Below, one piece after another: positions 48,086-61,542 of a stretch of DNA of 64,000 nucleotides. Below the pieces are notes generated by a model, which was not told the origin of the DNA, searched no databases, and saw nothing but the letters and a program-made list of their open reading frames with translations. The stretch's first letter is position 1; the number at the start of each line of letters is the position of its first letter. The stretch lies in assembly GCF_035594765.1 (NCBI RefSeq), contig NC_085844.1:148940107-149004106 (forward strand). Reading direction: 5' to 3'. Source of the DNA: Anolis carolinensis. Taxonomy: Eukaryota. Made by a program: the position numbers and the translations under genes.

Positions 48086-49003
48086 CATCTCCGCAATGTT
48101 AATTTTATAATGTCAATATAGGTTTTGATGTTTGATTGCAATGATAATACTCACTGATTTATTCCCAAATGTTATCTGTTTAGAATATTTTTAAAATGTA
48201 TTTTTATACATTTTTATACTTTTATACATCATTGTATCATTTTATACAGCCACTTTTATACATCATTATTTTCTGCTACTATGTATTACCAGATTATTGC
48301 TATGGTTTTGCATCACCTACTTCATGTCAGAATGTGTAAATTACTCAGCATTTCTTTAAATGCTAATAGAATCAATGTTTCAAGATTAACCACAGGTGTC
48401 ACTGTAATTGGGGTTTGATAGCAGAGAGCGGAAACTGTTGCATATAAGTTTGTAGTAAGTAACCTATGAGGTTTGATGAGGGTTGGAGGAGGAAGATAGG
48501 AGAGAGAAAAATTAGTTTGTATATGCTGTAAATATTTTGTTAGTATTTGTACTATTAATGCGTGTTGTTTTTGTTCCTGTTCACTTCACTGCAAGAAGGT
48601 ATTTGGCTCCCTAACAGGAGTGAAGCATCTCCGCTATACAACAGGGAAGTTAATGCTGATTTGAACCCCTATTATTTCACTACATAACCACCTTGGTTAC
48701 ACATTGAAACAATGTCTCCAGGCCCACCCCTTCCTAGTCCTCACATAATTTTGGGGGGGGGGGGGGTGACAAGAGTTTGTTCATGTGGACAATCTCTTGT
48801 GCAATAGTAAGAACCAGGGTTATCACTGCAATGTGAAAGTTAGTGGGTGGGCAGGAACATCAATCTGCCACTTCCTAATGGACTGGAGAACAGACCCCTT
48901 TTGCCTGCAGAAATTGCAGCCCAATAAGTAGGGATTGGGCAACATTGGAGTTCCTATGTGTCCCTAAACAAGGGAATTCACAGGAATTGGGAATACAAAA
49001 ATT

Positions 49004-49275
49004 GGAGCTCCCAATGGCACAGTGAGTTAAACCCTTGTGATGGCAGGACTGCTGACTTGAAGGTTGGGTTGCTCCCCAACACAGGGAGAGCGCGGATGAG
49101 CTCCCGCTATCAGCTCCAGCTCCATGTGGAGACATGAGAGAAGCCTCCCACAAGGATGGTAAAAACATCAAAACATCTGGGCATCCCCTGAGCAATGTCC
49201 TTGCAGACGGCCAATTCTCTCACATCAGAAGTGACTTGCAGTTTCTCAAGCCGCTCCTGACATGAGAAAAAAAAA
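49004..49275 (+). mobile_element. AnolisSINE2-like SINE
   Basis: Same head, body and A-tail as the 3897 copy; box B region partly deleted. Confidence 0.85.
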
Positions 49276-52200
49276 TTAAAATTTGGTATTTCTAGATTGC
49301 ACATTTGTTGATGCGTCGGATGATTCCAGCCTACATCTCAAGGAATGAGTTTGAGTAAAGATGAACAGTAACATATTACTATTTAACCACAATATTAAAA
49401 ACTTTGATTTGCCTTCTGTGTTTATTAGTAACAATCTCCCATTTCACATTTTTCAAAGGCAAGTTAAGCTCTGTTTGAAAATAGAAAATTGTCAACTACC
49501 AAGAAAAAAAGGAAGTCTCACACAGATGTTCCCATATGAACTTCCAAAATTAATTCACTCAGTTTGTGAGGTTGCATGTGATAAAACCCCACATAACATT
49601 ATCAGACTTTTATTCTTGTTGTCACATACTGTATTACAAGCAGTTGTTCGGGAGGAAGAAAGCACACGTTACCTTTTGAAATACTGTACACTGCAGCTGC
49701 ACAAGAAGAAACAAGGAATTCGTATAAAATATGCCCAAGAACATTTCCTATGCAGCCCATTTACATTACATAAAATCTGTTTCTCTGGAGGAATAGTGTG
49801 AGCATTAATTAGGTCTGTTATGTCTTCCATAGATTTAAGCTCTTTCACTCTCTCTTTTCCTCCAGAACAATTATAGAGAACATCATTATAATTTCCTCCA
49901 CAGGTTATTTAACTGTAAAACTCAAGCAATGCTTTATTTAAATTTCTTTGTTCACTAAGGGCTTCTAATTTTTAAACATATGAGTAACACTTTTCCTAGT
50001 TAGTCAGAAAATGAAAGGAGGCATTGAAAATTCAGGTTACAAATATGCTGGTTTATATAATCCAAATAAACCACATTTCATTGCTGAAACCTTGCACTGT
50101 TTTGATAATGTGTGCAGTTGAGCTATGCAAGAACATTATGTTTAATCGTATAAATAATCTATCTATTAATGTGTGTCACCTTATCTTGGCAGCATGATAT
50201 CAGAATGCAACCAATTTATGTATTAAAAAAGAAACACAATCCAGTCTAATTCTCCGTTGTACATCAAACATATCCCCAGAGTACCATGGTGAGCTTTAGT
50301 CAAAACCCTGCACTGGAGCAAGAAGTCAAGCAATGGAGCACAGCAAAATACTTGTACTAAGCCATACTTGTACTAAGTAATGTGGGTGGGTGTGTCAAGT
50401 GGTGTACTGAAAAACCTGAGTCAGTTGTATAGGACAGCAGGAGTTGATGCAATCAAATTTGAAGCATAATTATATGCTGAGATAGTATTGCTTCGTGCCA
50501 AAGTCTTTCATTTCAGCATTTGCAATATACTCATCAAAGGGGCCACCAGGCTTGAAGCTATACACTATGATGGGGAGGTTGAGAGTTTCCTATGCCAGTG
50601 GAGAAATTAATCCATTCTAACTATGTCTCTTTTAAAGGAGTTGTGCAAGTTGCTGAACCTATTTGGGGGCTGGGTTTCAGTACTTTGGATAGTTCCTCCA
50701 AGTCTAAACTAACCTAACACTTCAATCATGCCATAGAAACTACTGGCTGCCACTGATGGCACTTCTGAATGATCTCTGTTTGAATTCCCTGATTTCTTCA
50801 AGGCTGTTTCTTGATTTGATATGATTCTTCAACTAAAAGGCCTATTTTGCAACCTTTAGAAATGGCAGCTGGTACCAGCTGCCCTTCTCCCAGAGATGTT
50901 TGAACATCTCATCTGAAGATATGAAAATCCTGGGAAGATACAGGTCTTGTTTCTTCCTTAAGCACAGTTACAGTTTGTCTTTCCTTCAGGAGCTAAATAT
51001 TGTGCATGTGGTCCTCTGCTCCATTTTTATCCTGATAGCTAGGTAGCTATCAGGATGACAAAGGTTATGCTGAGATATTGTGATTAAAGGTAGTGTATTA
51101 GTGGGATCTTGGTGCTGAATTATATTACGACTATACCATTGCTTCTTTACAGATGAACCTGCCACTTAAACCTCAAGATTATGCCTCTTTTATTAAATAC
51201 TCAAAAGTGTAGAGAAGATGAACTCTCTTGTCTGCTCTCTTTATTTCTGCTTTACTGGCCCCTTTTTGAGGGCCAACAATTTTGCAGATTCACCAGTCAC
51301 CAGGTGTATCAGGATATAAATAACCAGCAAAGACTGACTATTCTATCATACTCGCCCCCATATGTTGCATCTATCTAACACCAAAACAGTGATATTTCTA
51401 TGTACTGCATTTAGTAATAACGTGAACAGACAATCAGAGGAGATCAAAGTGAGTTTCAAAGTAGTTTCCAGGCAATCAGACAGCAGCCGCTTTCATCTGT
51501 GCTGTTACAGTGGCAGCACACTCTTTGGAGATCACAAATGTTTCATTCTTCTATCTTTTTTTCTCTTTCTTTGTCGAAGTCATACAATTCCAGCATTTAC
51601 CAGAATGCCATCTTCTTTACCCAAAAGATAGGGACTTAGTTATGTTATTACTGAACGGCAAGAGATTGCTAAGTAAAAAATGCTTTCCAAATGCCATCCT
51701 ATTAGGCAAGCAGCCTTTGACCTCAAGCTTCTAATTTTCTGATCATATCAATGGGATAAGCAATGAAAATGAAGTGGTTGGTGTCTTTGAAAGTTCCAGT
51801 GACAGACAGGCTGTTTTGCATTTCTGCTTTTAATTTGGCTGACTTTTCTTTGAAACATTCTTCAGTAGTAAAGCACCACAGGTGTACAAAACATTACATA
51901 TGCAGCCCCTTTGATTCTTCATTGCATTATACTTTTCTTATTTCATTTTGGCAGTGATAAACACAACATAAATTAACCTCTTCTTTCAGCATTAGAAAAC
52001 AAAATCCCTTGATTACATTTTGAAAATAGCTTTTGTTGTATTTTTGGCAATATAGAAAACCAGATGAACATACTTCATGGAGCTCATACAATGCCTTCTA
52101 CTAGATACAAAGTCTTCATTTGTGTCTAATATGTATAAACACATTTGAAAAACAAATAATTAAAGTTTGGACAGAAAGTTTAGTTTAGCTTATTCCACAA

Positions 52201-53415
52201 TATATTTTTTTTCAATTTATTGCAACACACTATTAAAATTTAGGGAAATGCTTCAAGCTCTATACAGTATTCACACTCAGTGATACACACTGCAACACAT
52301 TTGTTTGTTTGTTTTTCTCAAAACGTTCTTAAACAACTAAAATGTGGCAAAGGACTGTAAAGCAAAGCATTTGATTGGTGAATGTATGGCCCTTCGAAAT
52401 ACTGTCCAGAAAAGCTTTTCTTCCTGATTCTGCCAAACATACCAAGTGGCCAAAAGTCTAAAATTGATGTCCAAAGTGAAGAAGACAACTGGAATGCCTA
52501 GAGACCCATCTATCTGAAAACTAAACATTTACGCCAAAAACACTAGGGAGATGGGGAGGAAAGAAGCTAGGAAGCAAGGATTTTCTTTCTTTTTGGCATC
52601 ATTCAGGACAGACTTTCTGTGGTCCATAGAGACCACACTCCGAGCAGACAGAGAACTGTAATGAACAATATCATTAAAGCTGGAGTCGGTTGTTCCCTTG
52701 AGGCGCATTCCCATGGGGCCATACTTTTGTAAGCTGCAAGTCTATCAAAACCAGCCAGCAAAACAATTTTTCTGTCTTGGGACCTCAATTTAGTCCTGGA
52801 GTGATTAACCTCTCATCCTTTTGAGCTTCTTCCTTCAATACTGCTATATTTTCTTTCCGTTAAAATTGCTTTCGGGTTCCATCAGCTTGGCTATAAGAAT
52901 TTGTGAACTCAATTTTGTGTCCACGAGAGAAACTTATTTGTGATCTATGAAAGGAGAAAGTTCTCTGACCCCTAGAGTACTCCAGGAATAATGCAGAAAA
53001 CCCACTTCCACAATACCCTAAGAGACCGCTACTTCTTGTCTTCTCCATATAATAACTTTCAAGCAGGATGTGCCACATGTAGATTGTTGGGTCATTTCTG
53101 GAAAACAATGTAGTGTCTAATATTTCTTCCATTGCTTCCAAAAAATACTTTTTTAACCATGCAGTTCACATTGTGGGTCATGCCAATTTTGGTTATCTTG
53201 CAATATAAATCATTAATTCCTCTTTCGTAGAAAACACCTCAATGGTACAGAGTCAGCCTTTAGCCATACAGTGAAAATTGATCCACAACTAGTGAAATAA
53301 GCATTACTTTATGAAGTTATAAAATTGAAGCATTCTTAACAATAGACTCCACCCTACCCAACTAAGATTTTTTTCTTTGTATCTCTGTAAAGAAATATGA
53401 ATTTTAGTTTACAGA

Positions 53416-54342
53416 TGTCATGTTTAATTGTGTTTTAAAAGTCATGTTTAACTGTGTTTTAAAAGAGTCAGTATTTCAGTTACTCTGCACTCATGAGTGG
53501 TTGCCATGGAGAAGGGGGCGGAGCCAACTGCGTTTAGCTGAAGAGAGAGCCGAATTTGGAGGGAAACTCAGTCTGTGGTCAAAGAACCACAGGGAAGGTT
53601 GATTTTAGAGCCTGTGTTCTTATGAGACACAGAGAAGACTGATTCTCAGTGAAGGGATCAGGGAGGCTCAAATGTTTGATTTTGAGTCAATTTTAAAACA
53701 AGTTTGGTGACTTATTTTATGTAGTCTGTGCCCTGATAAGGTACAGGGAAATCTGATTCTCAGTTGAGGGGATCAGGGAGACTCAAGAGTTTATTTGAGT
53801 CATTTTAAAAATAAGTTTGGTGACTTATTTTAAGGTAACCTGTTTCCAGATAAGGAACAGATAGGCTGTGATTGTAATTCACAGGGTGACTGCAGGTTAA
53901 AGCAGAAGAGAGAAAGAAGTGGCATTTTAAAGTTTGAAACACCTCAATATAGCATTGCAACTGTTAATCTAAGTGCCTCAAACAAGAAGAAAAGTTATTG
54001 TAACCATTAAGCTTGTGCCTGAATAAACGTATTATTGTTATTTTTAACATCTCAGTCTCTGTCATATACACACTCATTAAGAATAAACAAGAAAAAGAAG
54101 AAAAATAAAGATTTAAAAGTCTCCTCTCTAAGTAGCCAGTGGCTACATCTTCTATAGTGGTGGCAAGAGTTGATAATCCCCTTGACATCTGGTGGCCGCA
54201 TTATAAACATCTTTACCTCTGGTGGCAGGGTAAATAAACATCTTTAATAACTGGCGGCAGTGGATATAACAATAATAATATAATATATAATTAAAACAAC
54301 CTCCATCTCCACATCTCCGCAAATTGGTGTCAGAGGTGGAAT
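53416..54342 (+). mobile_element. Probable LTR with an internal ~114-bp duplication and PBS-like repeats
   Basis: TGTCAT start, direct repeat 53639-53746 / 53753-53860, AATAAA at ~54022, repeated TGGTGGCAG motifs and TGGTGTCAGAGGTGGAAT. Confidence 0.55.
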
Positions 54343-54774
54343 TAAAAAGTATTCCCCCCTGCCTGAAAGAACCTCAGTCGTTCTTAGATCTTTACAATCT
54401 CTTACTCCTTTTGCAAATGTAGCTTCAAAGATGGTATTTCTAATATTATTTTATAAAGAGTCTGAAGGAAATCCAGCCTTAAAGACCGAATACTCTTTTT
54501 CTCCACCACCACCACAATACCTCCTCCTGCTTTGATAGTTGAAAAACAATATTCATGGTAAAATCATCAAAGCTTTCCACAGAAGAAACCTACCATTGAT
54601 GCAAAAGAGAAGCATGTCGTTAGGACTTCATATTTATAAGACATTTCGTAATGCGTTATCAGAAAAGACAAATGCATTATTCAACTCAGAAAATAAATTC
54701 CCAAACTATTCTAAAGCTAAAATGAGCTAGATTCCACATTCAAAAACTGTGGCTATAGATACACAGAGAAAAGG

Positions 54775-54823
<49 letters not shown>

Positions 54824-57724
54824 GACAAAAACACACATATATGGTCCACATTGTTGAAAGCAACTCGTGCATTCTTTTCCTGGTTACAGCTGCTAGAAAT
54901 AATGATTGCAGAATCCTTTTCAACAAAAGGTCATTTATGTCAATGGACAGCACATAGAGGATCAGATCACCCACGGTAATTGCAAATTAATGCTCTACTG
55001 CTAATGCATTAACTACACACTATTGATCTACAATTGAATCATACGGGCTGCTGTGAAGTGATTTTTACTTTAATATTTTTGTGCTTTATGGCATATTCCA
55101 TAATGCATTTTCTCTTTCAACTGGAGTTTTCTATAATTGTCTCCATTTTTAATTTTCTACAGTGAGATGACTTCTAAAAATGCATGTGTTTGCCTCAAAA
55201 GTCACACAAATATACACACACAACAACGGGAAAGATGTGACATGGTAGATGGCATATGTGAAAGAAGAGACCTGTGAAAAGATGGAAAATCTTATTTGCC
55301 AACCAAATAATGAAAACAGGCTCAATTAAAAATAAAGAAGACATATGTTGCAGTGGAATGCTACAATTGTACAACAAGTGTAACTAACAGTTAATTTGAC
55401 TTTCATCAAAGAAGTGTCGTGAATTTGGAATAATGCTTCTGCCAGTTGTTGTATGTCTAACACTAATATGTTTCAAAGTTTTTTTAAACAACTACTATCC
55501 ACCCAAAACCTCATCTCATCCCACTAATTAGAAAAAGTAAGAATCAGCTATGTTCAGAACGAGTCAGAGGTTAGCTTTGGTTTCATTTTTCCACCCACAT
55601 CAGCACGGAACACTCTTGTTTAATTAAAATGTTCAAATTGGCTATTGAATACATTTAAAATTAATGGTATTTACATTTATTCAGACCCTGGTTACATAAG
55701 CAAGGGGGGGGGGGAAGCTAAGACCATTTTATTTCTTTATTTTTATAAAACCCTCAGAGAAGGCCATAGCTAAATTATGGAGGTGAAATAGGTCTATAGA
55801 AGTTCCATCTCAGTAAAACCGCAGCTCTTTTCCATAAGACAAATTATAACTAATCATGCTACCTTACTTTGTCTTAAGGGTTTTTTAAAAGGTGTATTCA
55901 TGTTTATTTATTCATTATGCTTATTTCCTCCTTTATTAGGTGAATTTTATTAGGGTACAGGCATTTTATTTTAGCTACTTAAAATTTCTTGAACCATACT
56001 TCAGGATAAGAAAACCTTAAGGAGGCATGCAAAATAAAAATAACAATGCAACAATAACTTTCTGAATGACAAGGAAAATAATAAAATAGGAAACCCAATC
56101 CCCAAAATTAATTGCTACTATTCAGAGTTGAGGGGAAGAAAACATCAAAGGATTGTATATTCTTCTTCTGAATGTTAGAACAGGCGAAATATTTGATAAG
56201 GAATTCTAGCCAAAATGAAGTGTTTTTTATAGCCCATTTGTATCAAGTGGTATCAAGGACTAAGTGTCCTTTCCATTCTTTCCTGTTGAATACTATCTGG
56301 AAAAAAGCTTGATTTTAATTAGACCACATGTGTCAAACTGAATTCCACTACTGAACAGCTAGTACCATCACGAGGTTTTTTCTAATGTTTAGGTGGGATT
56401 TCTTTCTTTCTTTCTTTTTCTTTCTTTCTTTCTTTTCTTTTGCAATTTGACGTATTGCTCCATGCTCTCGTGTATACAGCAGTGGTAAAAAAAAGGCTTG
56501 CTCCATCAAGAAAAATTATATAGTTGGAATCCTGTTGATGTCATCTACATGTTTCCCTATATGAGGGCTTGTACCGTTCTGGAAATTTAGCAACCATTCA
56601 GTTCATGGTTGCATATGCAGAGGTCCACAAATGTAACCATTTCACATGTGGCTAAACCCCATGATGTCTGCTGGGCTTACTTAGGTGTTCTCTCACCATA
56701 CAATATTTGATTGGGCAGATCTATGCTCATTGGGGTTAGCAACAGGATTCCACTCATGCAGTTGAATGTTCTTGAATGGTGTGCAACTATTTGCCAGTGC
56801 CTTTGTTCAATGGGATTGCTATCTCATTGTTTCATGGGATTGTCGAAACAGCCATCCCGATCTCCTGATTGTACAAAGGGGCTGATAAGCAGATGAAATT
56901 GGTAGATACACAACAATTTGAAAAAAACCCAACAAAAACAAAACAGATTTACAGAAGCTAGTTTGGGTTACACGAAACATGGTAAAATCACCTGTACACT
57001 ATATAGGTCCTTTCAGCTCTTCCGTCTGCCACACACGCACATACACACACAAATATAATTAAACACAGGTTTCTCCCAAAAGGAATAACAATAGACCTAT
57101 CTGCCTTTCTAATCATTTTAACTATGTCTTAATAAAGTAATCAAGACCTCAATTTTTGAAGTCATATCAAAGTCCTTAAGTAAGTTAGAAAGAACATTGC
57201 AATATATTTTAAGCTAATACATCACTTTAATGGAAATCTTCAGAGGCTCAGTGACAAATTGTGGGAAGTTATATATTCCTTCAGTTGAAGTTCGGTTCTA
57301 ATTAGCAGTCATAAATGAAATCAGTGGAACATTCCCCTGTTGATCATGCTTCTTTTCTTTTATGCTTTTTTGTGGAAATAAATACTCTTCCAGATTCAGG
57401 AAGGCAATGCAAGAAAGAAAAGCATTGTTTACAATAAAATCAAGACGCAAGTGACAGGCAGAGAAGTGGAGACGATTTGGAACTTTTTCCCCATTCTCAA
57501 CAAGAGAGTATTTCAAGAAATTGCCAGCCTCACCAGATAGTTTTGCCCCCAGTTGGAGAGCAAGACAGTCCACTTTCCTGCTCTGAAGTTTCTATAATAA
57601 AAAAGTCTCCATGTAAAATGTAGTTTCCCTTTGTGAAGCAAAGCAGACACACACAACAAGCACAGAATAAGTGCTTAAGTAATGGGAAGCTGGAAGGAAA
57701 GCCAGTGAGGAGAAGTATTTTGTG

Positions 57725-57885
57725 TGCCCAGGACTCTGAAAGACCAGGCTTCAAATAGCTACTTGATCATGGAAGCCACACAATGTGACCATGAGCAAGT
57801 CATATTCTTTCAGCTTCAGAGGAAAACAATGATAATGCTGAAAAACCCTTTGGCAAATTTGCCTTAGGGTCACCATAAGTCATAC
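57725..57885 (+). mobile_element. Old CORE/MIR-like SINE
   Basis: TGTGACCATGAGCAAGTCA core; similar pieces at ~62750-62925 (+) and ~23900-24070 (-). Confidence 0.5.
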
Positions 57886-58565
57886 AGTAACAACATAATG
57901 GGGTGGTGGTGGAAAACAACCCATACAATGTTTCTGATTTGTAAAAGTCCATGTAACAAGAAAGCAATTATCATATTTTGGTGCTAATTGCACCAAAAAT
58001 ATTCCACAAAATAACATTCCTTATTAATACCTCTAGAAAATATCTCATGTGACCTCATCAGAGGAGCCCATCACATGATGCAGGGCTACTTCCAGTGGAG
58101 CTCCATGCTAGCAGCGTAGCCCAGGGAAATCGGGTGTACATCCAAAACATCCAAAAAAGGCAGAGCAGCCAAAGAGAGAGCGAGGACAGCACAGAAATGC
58201 AGTGAGAAGGCAGAAAATGGACCCTGACAGCTGGGAACACAGCCAGATGGGTTCTCTATACTGCCCCATGATTTCTCTTGCTTTATAAAGGGTCATCGAA
58301 TGAGGTTCATAGTTTTGCATGTGAGACAAAACACGTGTAGTGTCTTGTCTTTTTGCATGAGAATGAAAGAAAGAAAATTTACATTACCATTTTTCTTAGA
58401 TGTGAGGTTTGTATCATATAATGCAAATTTCTCAGTGACTGTAAAACAATACTAATTGATGCCTTATAGAGTGACCTGGGAGTGGAAAAGAGCATCACAC
58501 ATGCAAAAGAGAGACTTAAGGATTAAATTCTACTACAAGTCTTATGCTGTTTTATGTTTTTGGGT

Positions 58566-58750
58566 TTTATTTATTTATTTTGTGTCAAAAGCATTGCATA
58601 ATAACTAAGTTTAAAAGTGATGAAATAAAGAAATCACAGGCAGCTAAATAGTTTTAGACCAAAAGCGGGCAACAGCAACCGCATTGTCCATAGCTCTAAA
58701 CAACTCCTCCTCCGTACATGAGGCAGGGCATTGTGGGCAAGCATACATAT
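58566..58750 (-). mobile_element. Vingi-type LINE 3' end
   Basis: Minus strand YACPQCPASCTEEELFRAMDNAVAVARFWSKTI*, short 3'UTR and (TAAA)n tail. Confidence 0.65.
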
Positions 58751-59831
58751 GCAGAGTTGTTTGTTCTGTTCCACAGTCACACAAGGTGGAGGATACCCCC
58801 AGGTAGTGCCATCTTGCCAAGTTGTCTTTTGATTTTTTTTAGGTTATCTGAATTGTATAATACATTTTATTTTGTTAAAAATATTTTTTATTATAATCTG
58901 CAATTGTCTAAATTTGTTTTGGTTTTCTTTTGGGTTTGTCATGAGACCTCAATAGAGATGGGTGGGATAAATATATTGTAATAAATTAATGAATAATAAT
59001 CAATGGGATTTACCAATCCATTGACTCATGATTTAATCATTGATTCAAAGAGTTGCTCTAATGGAGATTAACCAACACAATTCAGTCTCTAATTTCAACT
59101 CCCTTTCTCATCCTTTACCAAAGTATTTGAAAATTGGCTCAAAAGCACGATATTTAAGTATTGAGAAAGTCTGATAAGAAGAATCTTGGACTAAGAAGAG
59201 CCTTCATAGTTTGAGACATATTCTGAATAAAATTTGCACTTCTTAATTTGGCACAGAAAAATTTCTGGAGAAGAAACAGCAGATTCTGCACAGAAAATAA
59301 TATTTCTACACAGCAATGTTATTTTCTGTCCAGACAACCCTGTTTCCTGCAGAGAGAATGCTTTGTTTGCAAACTGGTTTTGAAAGTATCTGGTTTTTGA
59401 AAACCTTCTTGCAGTGGGAAGAAACTCACTAAAATTTCTCATTATTTCTTTTAACAAGAACATTAGAACAGGGAAAATCATATCCCTATTAGTCAATTAT
59501 TATTAACTTAACCCACGTATTGAATTATGGAGGAATAATAGTCATGTATGGTACCAGCACATATCTGTCTATATCTTATCAACAAGCTCTCTTGTATTAA
59601 TACCATTTCAATAAACAGAAGCTGAAGAATTAAGCTATTGTGGAACATACTTGACAAACATCATCACTTTGCTTAATTATTATTATAGAGTCCCTGATAC
59701 GCCCTAGTATTCAGCAAATCATAACTCTTCCATAGCTTTCTAATAACCAAAGAATCAAAGAACAGATCTCAACTACTATTTGATGCAACCCCACTGGTGA
59801 AAGAAATTGATTTCTGCAGCATTTTGATAGG

Positions 59832-60273
59832 CAGTGGCATCACTAGTAGGCTGCGGTGGGTGTGAACTGCGTTGGATGACACCATCAGAGCTGGTGATAG
59901 CAAAATGACTGTCTGTAAAATGACAGTGTTTCATAAGAAATGCAATATTTTTATATTAAAATATCCCTTTAATTCGATATCACCACAAAAACATTTTTGA
60001 AAACCCAGCTTATACATACTGCATCAATATACCCACAAAGCTAAAACTCTGTGCTGATTTACTTTTTGAAACTTCTAATGTGCATGCGCTCTAGTCAAAG
60101 TGGTTATTCTTCTTCTTTTACAATGATGTTTTCAATTATGTGGTTTTGTCTGCATGTACTACATGCTTTTGTTGCAGTTAATTTTTTAAATTGTCACTGA
60201 TTCTGTCAATTTTTCTGCTACTTTAGCAATAATATTGCAGTATGGGTTAGAATGAATCCTAGTGATGCCACTG
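59832..60273. mobile_element. hAT-like MITE
   Basis: Perfect 15-bp TIR CAGTGGCATCACTAG / CTAGTGATGCCACTG; decayed 8-bp flanks TTGATAGG / ATGAGAGA. Confidence 0.8.
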
Positions 60274-61399
60274 ATGAGAGATGGTCTTTTTATCCTTTAT
60301 TTAAATAATTTTACTAAGGGACTGTCCATCTCCTTTTGATGCAGCTTGTTTCAACAGGATGGTATTGCTAATTTTGGCTTGAATTTTTTTTCTTTTGAAA
60401 TTTAAACCCATTGATTTATCCCTACACTTTGGACACACTGCACATTAATATGCTACAGCATTATGTGAAAAATCTTACGGTGTGGATGATGACTTCCCGA
60501 TTGCTTTTTCAGTGTCTTTTCCTAGATGAAACTAGTTTGGAAAAATGCAATTTTTACTTCAAGTCTCACAGGGGTAGCTTAGCTTGTTTAAAGGAGAACC
60601 ATTTTTATTGAAGGCTTCCAGGAGGATTAACCTTCTTATCTTTCTGACAGTTGGAAGGGAAGTCATATATGGGGTGTGAGTGTGTACCAGCTGCAAAAAC
60701 ATATGAGAGAGCCTGTGGCCTGGAGACCCAGGGTATTTCACCCTAGTTTATATTATCCAGTTTGCAGAACCCAATTACTTTTTCACAGCTCAGTCAGTTG
60801 TAATTCATTGCCATTTATAGTGAGCTCTCGATATTTGTTGGGGTTTGTTTCTAGGAACTATTGTGGATACCAAAATCCATGGATGCTCACATCCCATTAC
60901 ACAAAATGGTGTCCTTTATATATATATGACAAAAATCAAGGTTTTTTTTATTTTTGAAAAAAAATATTTGCATGCTCTGCATGATTAAATCTGTGGACAA
61001 GGAATCCACGGATATGGAGTTTGGTTGTGTCATTTGTAGTTTTATTCAAAATATTTTGGAACTGCTTTTTTACTTTTAAAACAAACAGAACCTTAACCTG
61101 GTGATCTTTTTTAAAAAGTGTTGTTCATGTTGTCTAGGGATCAACAGGCCAGATCCAACTAGAACTTCCAGCATAGAATTTATCTCCCCCCCCCCCCCGC
61201 CTAAATGTACTGTTCTTGCATTTATTTTCATACCAGTTATGTCCTAGAAACAACGAAGAGAATAAGGGATGCATGCATATCTACTCCTGGCATATCACTC
61301 TTCCTCACCTTTTAGTTAATTTGTTTTTTTCCTGTTTAAATACGGAATTAAAAACAGATTTTGACAGCTTTATTTTAAAAGTACAAGTAAAATAGATAC

Positions 61400-61542
61400 C
61401 TGTAAAACAGAAGCACCACAATGAAGAAACTGCAAGCCACTTTCAGCAGAGTCAATGCCTCCTGTAGCCAGGACAGGGAATCCTGGAAGAGCATGAGCAA
61501 TTGCAGAAACAGCTCGAAGAGCTATTGGTCTGATGGCATTTC
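61400..61542 (-). CDS. DPYD: Dihydropyrimidine dehydrogenase coding exon (equivalent to human exon 19; FMN/pyrimidine-binding barrel region)
   Basis: Translates (G)[47 protein letters not shown], near-identical to vertebrate DPD. Acceptor TTTTTTTGCAG|GA, donor CAG|GTATCT, 143 nt, phase 1 in and phase 0 out. Confidence 0.97.

Larger units (their letters stand above)
44635..61399 (-). other. DPYD: DPYD intron 19 (16.8 kb)
   Basis: GT...AG bounded; joins the two consecutive DPD peptides ...ASVLQ|VCSAI... Confidence 0.93.

Noticed and set aside
49361-49801. 146-aa ORF in unique intronic sequence
   Set aside because: No recognisable motif, AT-rich codon use and no splice support; within chance expectation.
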